Source: the human T2T-CHM13v2.0 reference genome, Homo sapiens. Taken from it: a DNA stretch of 64,000 nucleotides. Below the pieces are notes generated by a model that was not told where the DNA came from, ran no database searches, and saw only the letters and a list, made by a program, of their open reading frames with translations. Position 1 is the stretch's first letter. Each line of letters opens with the position of its first letter. This document shows, in pieces, positions 62,620 through 64,000 of the stretch. The translations under genes and the position numbers were made by a program. Where the stretch lies: assembly GCF_009914755.1 (NCBI RefSeq), contig NC_060925.1. One strand, 5' to 3'.

Positions 62620-64000
62620 GTTTTATTTTTTTAATTGATGCATAATAATTGTACTTATGTATACATAAGTACAAATACATAATTGTATTTATGGGGTACA
62701 GTGTGATATTTTCATATATATAGTATATGTGTGTATATATAGTGTAATGATCATATACATATACATATATATAGTATATATGTGTATATATAGTGTAATG
62801 ATCAAATCAGGGTAAATAGCATATCCATAACCTCAAACACTTGTCATTTCTTCATGGTGAGAGTACTCCAAATCATTTCTTCTAGCTATTTTGAAGTATA
62901 CAATAGATTGTTGTTGACTATAGTCACCCCACTATACAATAGAACACCAGAACTTATTCCTCCTATCTAACCGTAACTTTGTATACATTGACCAATCTCT
63001 TTTCATCCTCCCTCTTTCCTACTCTTCCCAGTCTCTGGTTACCACTATTCTACTCTCTACTTCTATGAGATTAACTTATTAGATCTCACATATGAGTGAT
63101 ATCATGCAGTGTTTGTCCTGTGCTTGGCTTATTTCACTTAACATAATGTCCTCTAGGTTAATTCATTTTGTTGCAAATGACAGGATTTCATTCTTTTTTA
63201 TGGCTGAATAGTATTCCATTGTGTATATATGTCACATTTTCCTTATCCATTCATCCATCAATAGACCCTTAGGCTGATGTCATATATTGGCCATTGTGAA
63301 TAGTGCTGTAATAAGCATGAGGGTGCAGATATCTCTTCAATACATTGCTTTTATTTCTTTTGAATAAATACCAATAGTAGGATTGTTGGATCCTATGGTA
63401 GTTCTATTTTCAATTTTTTTGAGAAACCTCCATACTGTTTTTCATAATAGCTGTACAAATTTACCTTTCCACCAACAGTGTGTAAGAGTTCCTCTTTCCC
63501 CATATCCTCGCCAGCATTTGTTATTTTTATCTTTTTGATAATAGCCATTCTAACTGGAGTGAGGTGATATGGTGGTTTTGATTTGCATTTCCCCAGTGAT
63601 TAGTGATGTCGAGCATTTTCTTCATGTAATGTTGGCTGTTTGTCTTGGGTCAAATATCTGAAATGTCTATTCAGATCTTTTGCTCATTTTAAAAATTATT
63701 TGTTCTTTTGCTATGAGTTATTTGAATTGTTTATATACTCTGGATATTAACAGCTTGTAAGATGCATAGTTTGAGAATATTTTCTCCCATTTCACAGGCT
63801 GTCTCTTCACCCTGCTGATTGTTTCCTTTGCTGTGCAGCTTTTCAGTTTGATGTCACTCCATTTGTCTATTTTTGTTCTTCTCTGTTTCTGAGGTCTTAT
63901 TAAAAATATTCTTGCCCAAACCAATGTCATGTTTTCTTCCAGTAGTTTCATAGCTTTGGGTCTTACATTTAAGTCTTTATTCAGTTTCAAGTTGATTTTT
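62620..64000 (-). mobile_element. L1MA-type 3' end (runs off the window)
   Basis: TTTATGGGGTACAGTGTGATATTTT...ATCAAATCAGGG; ORF 63718-63990 is ORF2p-like. Confidence 0.88.

Overview
This is primate, very likely human, AT-rich non-coding DNA (AluY/AluS/AluJ/FLAM, L1PA2-16, L1PB/MA/MB/MC, MIR, L2, MaLR/ERVL LTRs, Tigger3a). Most of the window is nested transposable elements. I find no intact protein-coding gene: the recognisable ORFs in the track are L1 ORF2 fragments or Alu read-throughs, and the rest look spurious. The clearest candidate functional element is a CpG-enriched promoter-like region at about 1.3-2.1 kb. It has a minus-strand first-exon splice donor, a GC box, a CCAAT box and a near-consensus CTCF motif, but I cannot name the gene. 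A second unique island at about 18.3-21.3 kb carries two candidate minus-strand non-coding exons. I see no evidence of a new multi-gene system. The notable signals are retrotransposition and repair fossils: a TSD-flanked ~1.2 kb orphan insertion of non-L1 DNA; a tailless tRNA-Ile(TAT) 5'-exon retrocopy; a ~210 bp local templated copy that preserves a pre-insertion state; a templated deletion scar; a 40-bp micro-inversion; four to five twin-primed (5'-inverted) L1s; and a variant shared by two inverted young L1s. Repeat subfamily names come from remembered consensus motifs and need RepeatMasker/Dfam confirmation. Boundaries of old elements are approximate.
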